A DNA stretch of 64,000 bases from Eledone cirrhosa (GCA_964016885.1 OZ024740.1:168950001-169014000); one strand, 5' to 3'. Positions 36,199 through 49,787 are shown, numbered from the stretch's first letter. Numbers and translations are program-made. Notes: a model not told the origin generated them from the sequence alone.

Positions 36199-36879
36199 CA
36201 ATCATGAATACAAGCAGCCAGGTTGAAATAGGGTTCCTTCAAAGGGTCTTTGAAGTAATGTTACATAGCTCAGAGATCAAAGAGTCGCTCCTGGTAGAGC
36301 TGCTGCTCCTTTGAATTGAAAGATCATAGCTCCGATATTACGGGCATGTGGTTAGAATGTCTCAGAAAAGAGTTTACAGGCAAAATCAACCGGCAGGAGA
36401 CCCTGAGCAAGTTGATTGGATAACCTCCATGACCTTGGCTGGTCTTGCTTGGGGATCCAGCTGGATCAATTGGAGATGGTTGCTTCTGACGGAACCTGCT
36501 GGAAGGAGTGTTTGAAGAGTCTGCCTCCATGACCCTCTCAAGGATAAGTGGGCAAAAAAGGAGGAGAGAGTTTTTTAAGTAGAAAAAGTAGAAAAAATGG
36601 CGAAGCTTCTCATGGGGCCTGCAAAGCTAACCCTCACTTTAGCAAGATAAAAAGCCTTAAAACACTGATTGTGTTGTGTTATTTGTGTGTGTTTATGTAT
36701 GTATGTTTGTGTTTGTGTGTATGTGTGAGTTTAGAAACTAGAAAGAGACAATGAGAGGAAGGAAAAGAGGAAACGTGAGGCAGCTGATGAGGGAGTAGGA
36801 AGTATAGCTCAAAGGAGAGAAAGGATAATGGCATAAATACATAGTAAGAGAGGAAGACAGAGAGAAATGGAAGCTGCTC

Positions 36880-38460
36880 TTGACAGAACTTGGATACCAC
36901 AGAGTTTTGTATGTATCCATGGGATCATTCAACAGCGATGGTATCAGCTATTTAGTGGAGTTATACATTTTAGACATACTAAAAAGTAAGTTTCCTGATT
37001 TCAGCATAGGTCTGTGTCATAACCTCGATCCTTTTAAGAAAAGCCTTATAGCCACTTTTAATAATCTGGTGTTAAAAATTACTAAAGCTACAAATCTCAG
37101 TAGTGTTAATTTCCTAAGTGTCCCCAACCTAAACTCACACTTAAACCTTACCACAAACCCAACGAACAACTTAGACACATCAACAGAAGCTCCTGTCATC
37201 CACTCATAGTCTCTAAGAACCTTGTAGACAAGATATGTAAGTGAATCTCTAATCTTTTGTCTATAGATATCTTTGTTAGAACTGCACCCTACAACAATTA
37301 CACCCTAGCTAATAACTTTAAAAATTAGATCTACTCCTCAGACCTTCACCCTCGTATTAAGAAAAGTAGAAATAGATCTAAAAATATATGGTTTTTCACT
37401 AAATTTTAAGAAAATGTAGGGAAATGATTCCTAGCTTTTATCAATAAGCATTTCCCTGTAGACCAAAACTATAGAATGAGTTTTAACAAACATAATTGGA
37501 TACTCCTATGCAGTGGAATAGCTAGGGTAAACGGTGCCCAGGGCAAGCAGCAAATAGACCAATTATACAATGCAGCAGAGGTCACCATGATCAGACTTAA
37601 CCAAGAGCAGAAAGTCAGGACCCATATAGGAATGTTGGAAGGAAGTTTTAAAAACTACTTCCTAAACAATGAGTTACCTGAACAAAAGATCCAACACTAA
37701 ATTTGCAAATCACATTTAAGACAACACCATGAATTTCTCCATGATATGGAGGATTCTGGAATGTTTGCAACCCTATTCAAATGGCTCTTGAGTGTGCCAG
37801 TTGTGTACAGATGAGAGATGGAATATACTTAAAAAGCTGTATAACTATACAAACTGTCTTAGCACAAGAACCAATTTATTCAATTATTGCCCCTACATGT
37901 ACAAATTTATACTCAAGAATTAAAAAATTCCACCCACACCAGGATAAGAACTCTGGATACCACAATTTCCACCGACATCTTGACTCACTACTGATATCTC
38001 CAATTACTTCCACACACACTCTTTTATAAACCCAAACTACACTGATAACCATTTTGGACTATTTCCTTTTTCCTTTGCCAACTTCCGGCAACAATTTACA
38101 TCAACTATATATATGTAAATTCTAGTTTTTTCAAAGACAATTTCATGTATATTTTTCTAAACATTTACCAAATAATCTCCCTTGTTTTTACCTAATAACA
38201 TATCTCTATGAACACTATCCTTTCTATTCATTCCTTACTCTTTCATCATCTGTCTTGGAGCTCTTTCACATTTGAAGGAACAAACTACAGCTATTATGAA
38301 ATAACATTAAAATAGGCTGGTAAAATAGAATCTGGTATCTGAAAGGTCTCAGGCATTATTCTAACAAAACAATTGTACCTTGATGACACCATAAGTTAGT
38401 GTAATAAATTTGTATATGCTTGTTGAACATATACATGTACTCCATCACTGAATACAAGAT
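36880..38460 (+). mobile_element. Highly degraded Penelope-like element
   Basis: MGSF..LVELYILD, VNFL, KPNEQLRHINRSSCHP, FINKHFP, HIGMLEGSFK (RT plus GIY-YIG remnants). Confidence 0.6.
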
Positions 38461-39000
38461 TTATGTCCCATTAGGCAACAAAGTAACTCTGTAGGGGTTT
38501 TGGCCCCTGCTACCTCGACACTAGAGTTACTCGGAGCCACCCACCAATATAGACAGTGAGACTCCTGCACAACAGCACAATCTTAAGTGAGCCTGATGTT
38601 GTTACTCAGTCCACCTCAATGCATCAGAACAGTATGAAATTTGATGAGTTTGGTGTTGTGACTCTGAGATGTCTTCATCCACCTCAATGTGTCAGGCATA
38701 CCATTCATCTTCTCTTCTGAGCCAGATGTAGTAACTTAGCTGCCAGTCCAAGGTCCCTGAGGGGTGAGTCAACCCTGGTTCTAATGAATCCTCTGACTCC
38801 TATATTTACAGGGAAACAGGATGTCTCCCATCCACAGATTCACAAAGTCTAACCAGCTCACTGTACTTCCTATTGAATACATCATCGATGTTCACCACTT
38901 AAGACACACTAAGCTCCACCGTCTTCACTACTTTCCTTTCTGTCGATCTGTTTATCTAGCTATCTATAGAAATCTATCTATCTAGCAAGCAATATATATG

Positions 39001-39033
<33 letters not shown>

Positions 39034-39039
39034 ATGTAC

Positions 39040-39710
39040 ATATGTGTGTAGAAGACTTGCATAGATTAGAAAGAAACGAAGCTTGCATGCTCCAATGGAT
39101 GTGTAATAGTAATATACATGAATGGCAAAGCATAAACGAATTGAAAGAGAGACTGAGCATAAGAGGAATCAAATGCTGCGTGTAGGAGAGGAGGTTGCGT
39201 TGGTATGGACATGTGATGAGTATGAAGGATGACAGCTGCATAAAAAGGTGCAGAGCACTGGAAGCAGTGGAGTGGGGGGGGGGACCCAAGAAAACCTGCG
39301 ATGAGGTAATAAAAGCTGACCTTACCCAATTGCACCTCTCAAAGGCGATGACACAGGACCTCTGGCATCACACAGTAATGAAGAAGACCCGACTTCCCAC
39401 GGGTACAAGCCGAAGCCGAAGCATATAGACAACATGCTCACACTGCAAAGTGGTCGTGGAGGTGCCATGGCAAAAAAACACCCAACCCACACTGTAAAGT
39501 GGTCGTGTAGGCGCCATGGAAAAAAGCACCCAGCACTCACTATAAATGAGGTTGGTGTTAGGAAGGGTATCCAGCTGTAGAAATCAAGCCAAAATCAGTT
39601 CCTGTTAGAGCAAGACAAGGTCAGCCGGCCGGGCACTGCCCACAACAGGACAACCTGTCTAACCCATGCTAGTATGGAAGAATGGACGTAAAATGGTGAT
39701 GATGATGATA
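39040..39710 (+). mobile_element. 5'-truncated RTE LINE
   Basis: LERNEACML..RWYGHVM..; SINE-like 3'UTR; (GAT)n tail. Confidence 0.85.
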
Positions 39711-39971
39711 TATATATATGTGTGTGTGTGTACATATGTATGTATATATATATATATATATATTCATTTAGGTTTGTTGGTTCACCACTGGATAGAACTG
39801 GTCATTCCGTATTGTGAACCGTGATGTAATATTAGGAAAAGCACTCAATGTAATGCAACTCAGCCATCTTCGTTTATGTTGAATCTTGCTGGTGGTGCGA
39901 GAATGGAGTTAATTATTATTAGTAAAATGACAGAAGGCTGGACTGGTGAAATTCCTTAAAGATTTATTACA

Positions 39972-40031
39972 AACACTATGCACATTTCGATGACCGGGTT
40001 CTGTAGGAACCCGGTGACATCATCAGGTGTT
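39972..40031 (-). ncRNA. Candidate minimal type I hammerhead ribozyme in a Penelope-type terminal repeat (39762-40165)
   Basis: AACAC-CTGATGA-[9-bp stem ACCGGGTTC/GAACCCGGT]-GAAA-TGTGCA-TA-GTGTT, then AATAAA. Confidence 0.7.
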
Positions 40032-41889
40032 ATGATATCTAATAAAGGAATATAATAATGGTAAACACAATCCAAGGGGCTGAAAAGTAGAAAGAAATGT
40101 TTAAGACCTGAAGGCGGCCAGAGCCAGCAGTTGCCAGTCTGGATGACCGCCTTCAAGTATATATACATACAAATATGTAGATATATATATGTGTGTATAC
40201 ATCAGTTAGTAAAGATCTCATATCTGACATTAACTTTGAGATTTATTAAGGTTGTTAAATAGGAAACTCTTTTCAGCTATATACAACCAACAACACTTTG
40301 CTCGATTTTGTTATGCACTCTCAAGGATCCTCCCCTTTGATGTTATGCAGTTGCATGTTCTTTCAAATTCCAGGTGTAATCGGCTAGTTTTGATGTATTC
40401 TCCTTCTCAAACTTATCAAAGAAATATGGTTGAAGCATCATTGTTTAAATTTGCTTTCTACCATACCTGCATAGTGTTGATGTATGATGTTTAGTCTTGG
40501 TTTGTTGGAGGTAATATAAATAATTACTTTAGCAAAGAATCACTGACTAAGTGAGAGTGCATTTGTATTTTTACAAGTACAGTTAATCTCTGCTAGTTGA
40601 GCAGGTTTACTCATTATTAAGTTTTTGATATTAGTGGTACAGCTATAACCCAGTCTTGGATTATTTCAATTATTTAGTGGTTGATTGAGAAATGATAAGA
40701 TTACATATACCACAATCCCAACACCATCCATTAGTAGGAAGAAACATCTCAATATCATTTCCCTTCTCTTTAAAGAAGAGTGACAGGTCCTTTTTTATAT
40801 GAAGTATCAAAACAAATATTAAAAAAATCATACAAACAAAAATCATGAAAAATTTGAAATGTTTACAACTCTATAAAAAGAAAGTAAGCGAGGAAGAACA
40901 TTTAATTAAAAATACATTTTCAAATAACAATCCAGCTATCCATCCATGGGACCTGAACTCCTCCTGATGAAAGGGCACCATCATGACATATGGAATATCT
41001 TGAGTGGAGCCCATCCCTCTTCGGAAAATAATGTGTGGAGCTGAATAATACAAAGCGATACAATGAACGTTACAAAGCGATTACAATTAGTAAAAAAAAT
41101 GTAGAACTACAAAAAAAAACACAAAAACAATAAAACAACCCCTACCATTCCAAAACCGTTTTGGCAGCCACTCTAAACAAGCATTCAGTGATAAGAAGTC
41201 TCATTATAAGTACATCACAAATGTATAGACCGTGGTTCAAGTGTTATCAGAGTACCACAGCTGATATATTCAACAACAAATGAAATAAATAAATAAAATA
41301 AAAGCTAAGCTGAATTTTTGTAGGTTATCTTAGCCATACTCTCTCTCTCACTCCTTCCTTTTATTTTTATTTAACAATAGTTAAGGAGTAAAATGTGGGG
41401 AACTATATATATATCTCTCTCATCATCATCATCATCGTTTTTACGTCTGCTTTTTTCCATGCCTGCATGTGTTGGATGAGTCCTTCTCAGCACAGCATCT
41501 CTCCACTTGTCACATGCCTTCATCAACTCCTCTGTCAGTCTTAATAATTTGAGGTCCACTCTCACACACCCTACCCAGGTCTTTGGACTCTGCAAGCCAT
41601 AGTAAAGGCAACCCATCTAGGAGAGCAGTGACTGATTAAAAACAACTGCACAGGGAAGACATGAGTTCAGTGGACCATAGTGAAAGCCACCAGCCTAGGA
41701 GAGTAGACACTCCAAATAAAAACTGATACAGGGTAGAGAGGACTCTTAACTCTGGAAAGTCAGCCTCTCTAGTGCTGGTGACATGAACAATGTTCCCAGT
41801 CCATGTGTTGTAAAGTGGTTGGTGACAGGAAGGGCATCCAACCAGTAAAACCCAACCCAAATCATGAAAAGCACGATATATATGTATAT

Positions 41890-42490
41890 ATGAATGTGTT
41901 GTATATCAAATAATATTTAGGATGTTCATGGAAAACCCATTTGACAGCCTTTCACTATAAATTTTTAAGATTGTGACCTCTGTCACACATTCTAGCCTCA
42001 GAAAAAGCAAGGGGGAAGTAATCAACAACATTGTTTCTCACTTGTTGGCATTTGTCAAAGTTATGTATCCACCTAGCTTCTGTTGAGACAAAAATAAGCT
42101 AGAATCCTATAAATTTTTTTGCTATGTATATGAACTGGTGAAGCTCATTTCCATACAGAGTGGTAGCCAGTTCAGCTTAAATTAAAAAAATTAGTATAGG
42201 AGCTCCAATATAGCGTCATACTCATATATGTACATGTTGTATATCAAATAATATACAGGATGTTTATGGAAAACATTTGACAGCCTTTTGCTGTTGGTTA
42301 CTTCCTCTTTGCCTTTTCTGAGGCTAGGATGTGTGGTCACAACCTTAAACATTCATAGCGAAAGACTGTCAAATGTTTTCCATACACATCCTGTATATTA
42401 TTCGATATACAACACGTATATATATGTGTATAACACTATGTTGGATCACCAATATTGATTTTTAAACTAAAGCCAAGCCAGCTACTGCAC
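41890..42490. repeat. Composite direct and inverted repeat (Penelope pLTR-like)
   Basis: 42161-42292 pairs with 42356-42486; 41890-42030 is a third copy. Confidence 0.65.
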
Positions 42491-42859
42491 CGTAAGCGTA
42501 CTCCTTTTCTACGTATCGAGCAGAGTTACTTTCCTGATGGGTATTGTTTTCTTTCCTGTTCACCAGAACTTTTCTCAAATTTACTCTCAGCCCTTTTGAT
42601 TCTAAGTTCTGTCTCCAAAGTCAGAATTTCTTCTTTAGCCCTTCCTCAGATTTGACTATTAGAACCAAGTACAAACTCCTCTGTTATAGCTTGCAGAAGT
42701 ATGATAAACAGGAGTGGGATGAGGATGAAGCCCTGATAAACACCTACTTGCACATTGAATTTTTGACTAAACTCTTTAGAAGATTAGTATCGGTGTACAT
42801 ATATGCATTATCAGAAATGACAATAAATGTACACCATTACTAATCTCCTAAAGTGGTGA

Positions 42860-44110
42860 CCCCGACGTGATTGTCATAACAAGGGAGGCAACTCTTGCTA
42901 CAACTCCTTGCCTTCTCTAACCTCACAGACAGCCCATCTGTACATGGCTTTCACTGCTCTTATGGACCATTCTTCTATGCCTAGTAACCTTAAGGACGAG
43001 CAGATGACAGATCAAGGTACTCTGTCAAATGTCCTCTCTAGATCAACAAAAGCTAAATATAGCAGTTTATCCTTAGCTAGAAATTTCTCTAGTAGTTGTC
43101 TCACTAGGAACATGGCATCATCTAATTTGACTATTTCCCTAATTAGTTGTGCTAAAATTCTTTCTGTCACTTTCATTGCTTGGTTCATCAATTTCAGGCT
43201 CCTTTCGAATGCATCACCTTTTTCCTTGTAACAAATGATGAGTATACTACTACACAAGTCATTGGATATGACTTCATCTTGTATTGCTTGATTGGTTATG
43301 TAGGTAACTAGTTTAATTCCTACTGCTCCAGAAAATTTCAACATCTCAGTGACTATTTTTGATGGCCTGGTGGCCTTACTATTTTTCATCTCCTTAATTC
43401 CTTCATTAACCCTATAACTGTCTATTTTGATAGCTGCTCCTCTTGTTGGGTCAGCTGGAGGTAGGTTCTCTTCCTCCCACTCATTTTCCACATTCATCAA
43501 CCTCTTGTAATAGCATTTCCAGCCCTCCTTCATTTGGGCATCCGTGACACTGTGTGTGCCAGTATCACTTCGTATACACTTTTCCTCAACAATGTCATGG
43601 TTATCATGGATACACTATTTAACAATGCAGAACACCTCATATCACAAGACATTGGCAAACCTCCTTCTTTCAGCTTCTCTGCATTACGTGCTATGTATAC
43701 CTGTCATCTAGCTTCTCTTTAAGCTACTTGATATCAATCTTTACTGCCCCCCATTTCTCCAGTCTTTCTATGCCAGCCTCTTTTCTTTAACAGATCCACA
43801 ATGTTGTTTCACAACCAGGTCATTCTCTGTCTGGCTGGAGTAAATTTCTAGCCACAAGTCTCCTCAGTAGCCTGTAGTAGGTTGTCTCTTAGAAATTTCC
43901 AATTCATCTGTATGTCATATATATCTGATTCCTCTACTTGTTGTATGTGTCATGTAGAGATTTCCTAAGCCTATATTTAACAGTCAGGTCTTTAGCATCC
44001 ATACTCTCCTTCTCCATATTTTTTTGTGTCATGTTTCGTCTCAGGCTTATTCTAATATTACTAATAACTAATCTATATTGTGTGATGCATTTTGCATGAC
44101 ATCTGCCTGT
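42860..44110 (-). mobile_element. Degraded RTE LINE fragment
   Basis: WKCYYKRLMNVENEW, LYLAFVDLERTFDRVP; homologous to 59400-60600. Confidence 0.85.
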
Positions 44111-44299
44111 CAGGTTTTTTAATATACAGGTATACATATGTGTGTGTGTGTGGAGGGTGGGGTTAGCTTGTGTGTGTTTGACAGTGTCTATGTTTACTGA
44201 ATTAACATGAGGGCAAGTTAAGTCCTTTTTATATCAAAGCCATAACTTAATGCTAAGATACACAAAGATCGATGAAATATATGACTTTGGAAAAAATTC

Positions 44300-45430
44300 T
44301 ACAGTACCATCAGCCAGGCTTGTTTGAGATGCATGCAGGGCAATATTTAGTGTCTAAGCATTATTAACTTGTGGAATTATGTTGAACAGCTGTTAGTACA
44401 GGTAGGACAGATTCAGCTGTCAACTGAGGCCATCGTGATCACCCCCACAGCATTCATTTGGCCAGGAAGTTCTGGCAGTTTTTTCTTTCTTTGGCAGCTG
44501 TGGTGAAAAGAAATTTATGGTTGACAAGATTGAAAGGAAAAAGGACATATTTTCCTTTTCAGCTAAACCCTCATCAACTTCAAGTTTTACTTGGAGAGGA
44601 AAGTAAGGGTTGAGAGGTGCTGCCCCTTAGTTAATTTGTTAAAGAACGGTTTTGACTGAGAAGAGTGGACCACATGACTGGACCTGTTCTCAACATGCAT
44701 AGGTGGCCCAGAGAACACATCTAGGTGAGGGACTTGTTATTGGTAGTCAGAGTCATTCTGGATATGTGGTGTTTCTTGATTAAATCTGGAGGCTATTTTA
44801 CTATTGGGATGTCTCATTTTATTCTTTTTGTATACTGTTGTGTTTCATATCAATTTCTGTTTTTTCATAATCGATTCACACTTCATTACAGATTTTGTAA
44901 TTTGTCCTAGCAATATACCTGCATTCGGCTTCCTTATGATAAATGAAACAAATATTTATTTTTTTAATAATTTTATTATTATTATATTATATTATTATAT
45001 CGGTCCCATCTCCTCCCCACAAAAAATGTTGTTCCCAGAAAAAAATTGATCCCAGTTCTGAAAGTGCCTGAAAAACTCACCACATCTTTAGTACCAGCAG
45101 ATAATGTTCAGGAGGCTGAGGATCAAAAGACTGAGGCCACAACTGGAAGGGAGCCTCATCTTGCAATGATGATAACTGAATAGAGGCAAAAGTTGGGCTG
45201 TAGTTAAGAAAAAGAATACAGAAATGAAAATAATAAACTCAAACTGAAGGATTGAAAGATGTATGAGAAGGAGTCTACTTATTTTCAAGACAGCAATAAA
45301 TACACAGATATTCAGATCACAGCCGAGTTTCAGATGTATCTGCTGAAAGATCTGGAGAATGGCCATATGGATGATGTGCTGACTGGAGCAGAAGGTGACC
45401 AGAGCTGTGGGGTGCTCTCATCCAGAAGGT
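44300..45430. mobile_element. Very old CR1/L2-group LINE remnants
   Basis: Weak residual motifs only; 44590-44630 resembles 63950-63980. Confidence 0.3.
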
Positions 45431-46114
45431 GATTTCTATGGGTGGGTTATCTAGTTTTTATTTCATGTTTTTATTTTAATTATATCTTGTTTTAATTGTG
45501 TTTTTATCTAACTTAATATTTATTAGGTGTTTTTAATTTATAACAAATTTGTAATGTCATAGTCTAACGTCCTTGACCCACTCCACATATTTATATATCT
45601 TAGTCCTGCCAATCTCCACATATTTTTGTAACACCTATATACAGCATGTATATGAAAGCCTGTGTGGCTAATAAAGAAATTCTTCTTAAACAAGACAGTG
45701 TTGGGTAGAGAGGATGCTTTAATCTTAGACCTGACAACCTCTCTTGTGTTGATGCCAGCATAGAGTGAACCCAGTACACTCTGTAACGTGGTTGACAAGC
45801 AAATGGGGTCAATATAGGATAGAGAGGACTCTTTAATCTTGTCCAGAACATAAACTCTCAGCATGATTATTAACCCATTTAATATTAAACTGCCTGAAAC
45901 TGCCCCTCATTCTCTGATACAAAACTGTTTATTTGAAAGTGTTTATATTTAACAAAAACTTTCCATCATAATTTTATGTAAGATCTTTTGTTAAATTATA
46001 TTTCAAACAGCAGACTAACAACAAGAATGTTAGTCATATTACTAAGCTTTCCTCCAAATTCTTGATAATTTTCAATTTATTTGAAAATCATAGGCAGTAT
46101 TTTTCATTATAGTT

Positions 46115-46576
46115 ATGGAACCTGCACACAGGAAGGCCTCCAAGTGTAACTGCCACCTACCAGATATCTACCCATTGCAGAATAGATGTCTGGAGTCAAG
46201 TATAGTATACCTAAGCACTATCAAGTCTGGCAACCTAGCATGGCACTACATAGGTTCTATGGCTGGTGACTTTAAAAAAATATGGTATGTGCATAGACAC
46301 TACATAAAAACAAAAAAACTCGGTAATACAATGACGCTGGCCAATAAAATCTGGCAGCTTAAGGACATCAATCAGGAATATGAGATTAGTTGGTTGAAGT
46401 TATCGAATGCAAGGGCCTACAGAAATGGAATGTCCCACTGCGGACTCTGCAATATGGAGCTGCTCCATATTCTAAAATATAATAAAATGCTGCTCAATAA
46501 CAAGATCGAACGAACAATCTTCTGTAGGCACAAAGTAGCTACCAAATTCTCCAACTTCAAACCGCGACCGGCATAA
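46115..46576 (+). mobile_element. Penelope-like element GIY-YIG endonuclease fragment
   Basis: CNC..PL...CL..SIVY...YIG..FK..H...TLANKIW.LK...ISW...C.LC..E...LLN...CRH, the typical PLE C-terminus. Confidence 0.85.
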
Positions 46577-47139
46577 TTTGATCTAGCGATCTAAGTATCC
46601 AGACAAAACCACCCGGATTAAAATGTCTAGTAGACCAATGCCAACGAACCAACTTTATACCTCCTCACTGTTGTTAGCTGTCAGTTGACCAACTGGTCAT
46701 TAAATCAGTCTTGGCAATCCCTCAAATTTATTTTTTTTTATGGATACATCACCTCCATTAAAATAAAACATTCAAACTACCCAAACCTTAATCACCCATA
46801 TGTCATCATTGTCCCTTTTACTTTTTATTCTCTATTTATCTATTTACCATTTTCTGATTTTTATTTTTTGTTTTCGACTCCTTATTCTTTATTCTTTATT
46901 TTTATCTCCTATTCTTTATCTTTTACTTTTTATTTTTATTTTTTATTATTTTTTATCACTTTGTATTTCACCAATTCATGAACTCAATTCACTATATTAG
47001 AATGGCGCCAGTTCAATACACCGGTCTATGAAAAATCCAGCATTTCGCCTATCATATATCGTCTTTCCAAAAATTCTTTTCATTTTATTATTTTTGTTAC
47101 TGTCATTACTATTTTACACATCTATCTACTCACCATTAT

Positions 47140-47330
47140 AACGGTGAATTGACAATATCAGTAGAGGGTTAGATGGCATGCTTTCCAGCATAGTTACGCC
47201 CCATTACGGTCTGAGATCAAATCCTGTTGCAGTTAACTTTGCCTTTCATCCTTACGGGGTTGATAAAATAAAGTACCAGTAATGTACTGGGTAATTGCTG
47301 GCCTTGTGCCAAAAGTAGAAACAATTATAA
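47140..47330 (+). mobile_element. Meta-core SINE
   Basis: Same family as 30165; the tail runs into (ACT/ATT)n. Confidence 0.78.
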
Positions 47331-47355
47331 CTATGACTACTACCACCACTACTAC

Positions 47356-49216
47356 TATTATTATTAACCGTATTATTGTTCTTTGAGTCTCAGTCATTGA
47401 TGTTAGTTAACTGGAAAGTTTGTTGAAATGAATATCAAGCCACTACCTGCAGCCTCAGATATTCAGGACGTATCGAAGGGTTCTTGCTGTTCCCAGCAAG
47501 CATGCCTTTTGAAGCGTTCCAAAAAGCGTGGCGGGGCCAATTTTCTTTAACCATCCCTTGAAACTCTTTGAGATAGTACCTAGTGCGCCTATGACAATCG
47601 GAACCACTTTGACTTCATGGCAGTTCCAAATCCTTTTTACCTCCCACTTTAAGTCCTGGTATCGGTTAATTTTCTCCCTCTCCTTCTCTTGCACTCTCGT
47701 GTCGAATGGGCAGGCCACATCCACAATCAGGCACGATCTTTTTTCATTGTCCAAAACCACCAGGTCAGGTCTATTGTGTTCCAGTTTCTTGTCCGTCTGT
47801 ATCCTAAAATCCCAGAGCACCATCACCTGATCGTTTTCTATCACCGACTCTGGCTTATGCTCATACCACTTCTCAGAATGTGGTAAATTGTTTACTTTGC
47901 ATAGATGCCAGTGGATCACCCTGCCTATCACATCATGTCTCCAGCCCTTATAGTGAGTCTGGGCTAGGTGTTTACCCTCGGATACAATGTGAGCCACAGT
48001 CTCCTCTCTCTCTCCACAGATCCTGCACAGTGGGCTAGCCTCCTCCTTGTAAATATGGTGTTTCAACCACTTCGTTTTGAGGGCTTGCTCTTGCGCAGCC
48101 ATTAACATTCCTTCTGTAGCCTTTTTAAGGTCTCCTCTTTTCAACCAATTCCATGTCTGTGGATCTCTGAATTCAGTTTTCTCAAAGAAGGTACTATGAA
48201 GGGATTTTTCATGAAGGCTGCTCTTTCTCCTTGTTGTTATTTCCTCCTTGGACATCCCCTGGTCTATTGTCCTCTCCTTCAGTACAGTTCTGAGCATTGG
48301 CTCCTTACTATCAGTCACGTATTTGTGTAGGTTGTTTTTCTCCATCTGAACACAGTCCTCTATGCTGATACGACCTCTTCCACCTTCAGATCTCCTTAAG
48401 TAGAGTCTATCGACATCACTCCTTTTGTGGAACATGTTGTAGATAGTCAATAGCTTCCTAGTCTTCCTATCCATTTCTTTTTGTTTAGCAACATTCCATC
48501 TCAGAATTCCCGCACTGTACCTAATAATAGACACAGCTCGGGAATTTACTGCACTTATGGCATTGCTACTGTTCAGATGTGACTTTAATATGCTCCTTAC
48601 TCTCCGAATGTATTCAGATCTTATCAATTCCTTCATTTTTTTGTTCTTGATGTCATCAGCCTCCAGAACACCCAAATACTTGTATCCTTCTTCAGTGTCA
48701 ATTTCCTTTATCATCTCACCTGTTGGTACCTGGATTCCGTTGCTTCTGCTCAATTTACCCCTCTTCATCACAAGGACTCCACACTTACTAATACCAAATT
48801 GCATACATATATCATTGCCGAAAATACAGACAGTGTCAACAAACACATCCAACTCCTTCTCACTCTTCCCGAAGAGCTTAAGATCGTCCATGAAGAGGAG
48901 GTGATTGATGGTAAGCTCTCCTTTTACCAACTTGTATCCTGCTCTCACTTTTCGCAGTATAATGGTCAGGGGCATCAGGGCAAGGACAAACAACAGAGGG
49001 GACAGACTATCTCCCTGGAAGATACCTCTCTTGATCTTCACGCCTCCCAAGGATTCTCCAGCTCATGTTAACTCTGTTTTCCAGGACTTCATACTTTTGC
49101 CCAACAACTGTCTGATGTTATCTGCCACCTTGAAGATCTCTAGGCTTTTGGTGATCCAAGAATGAGGCACCATGTCAAATGCCTTTTTGTAGTCTATCCA
49201 TCCCATCGCAAGACCT
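47356..49216 (-). mobile_element. Dong/R4-clade non-LTR retrotransposon (RT plus restriction-like endonuclease), 5'-truncated
   Basis: WIDYKKAFD, GIFQGDSLSP, LFMDD, YKYLG, CRIC..ET..HI, RHD, RPDLVV..D..P; 531-aa ORF 49050-47455; (TAA)n on both sides. Confidence 0.9.
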
Positions 49217-49286
49217 CATTACCATCTTTATTATTACCATCTTTATTATTATTATTATTATTGTTATTATTATTATTATTATTATT

Positions 49287-49510
49287 ATAAGGATGAAAGG
49301 CAAAGTTAACCTCGGCGGCATTTGAACTCAGAATGGCAAGGGATGTAACACTATGCTTTGACACATAGAGTTATGGCCCTTGCCATTCTGAGTTCAAATC
49401 CCGCCGAGGTTAACTTTGCCTTTCATCCTTATAGGGTCGATAAAATAAAGTACCAGTAATTCACTGGGTAATTGCTGGCCTTGTGCCAAAAGTAGAAACA
49501 ATTATTATTA
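49287..49510 (+). mobile_element. Fold-back (5'-inverted) Meta-core SINE
   Basis: 49287-49357 is the reverse complement of 49364-49431. Confidence 0.8.
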
Positions 49511-49759
49511 TTGTTTTCATTTATGTTATTTTCAGATGTATCTATAAATACCAGTGCCTTGTGTTATACACACATTAGTATTCTGATGATTTGATCACGC
49601 AAACACTGTAATTAAGGTTGAGTGATGTAATTTCTAACGATCAGCGGCTTTTAGACTCACCTGATTAACAAAACAATTGTTAATACTGTAAATATTGTTT
49701 ATATGCTTTGGGTTCGGCTTGTTCCCGTGGGAAGTTGGGTCTTCTGTATTACTTACACA

Positions 49760-49787
49760 TACATATATATATACATATATATATGTA

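Larger units (their letters stand above)
34085..36545 (+). mobile_element. Old RTE LINE with inverted 5' part (34085-35345 minus, 35345-36545 plus)
   Basis: Minus part: PIFKKGD..NYRGISLL..EQSGFRPGRST..LQHTLDRFD. Plus part: AGMKIS..QVEKFKYL..PTLTYGHESWIMTER..YYGHVVRM. Confidence 0.8.

Noticed and set aside
38470-38950. Possible LTR remnant
   Set aside because: No TG...CA termini or TSD could be defined.
40956-41010. CTGATGA with flanking CTCC/GGAG pairing
   Set aside because: GAAA is replaced by GACA and stems II/III do not form.
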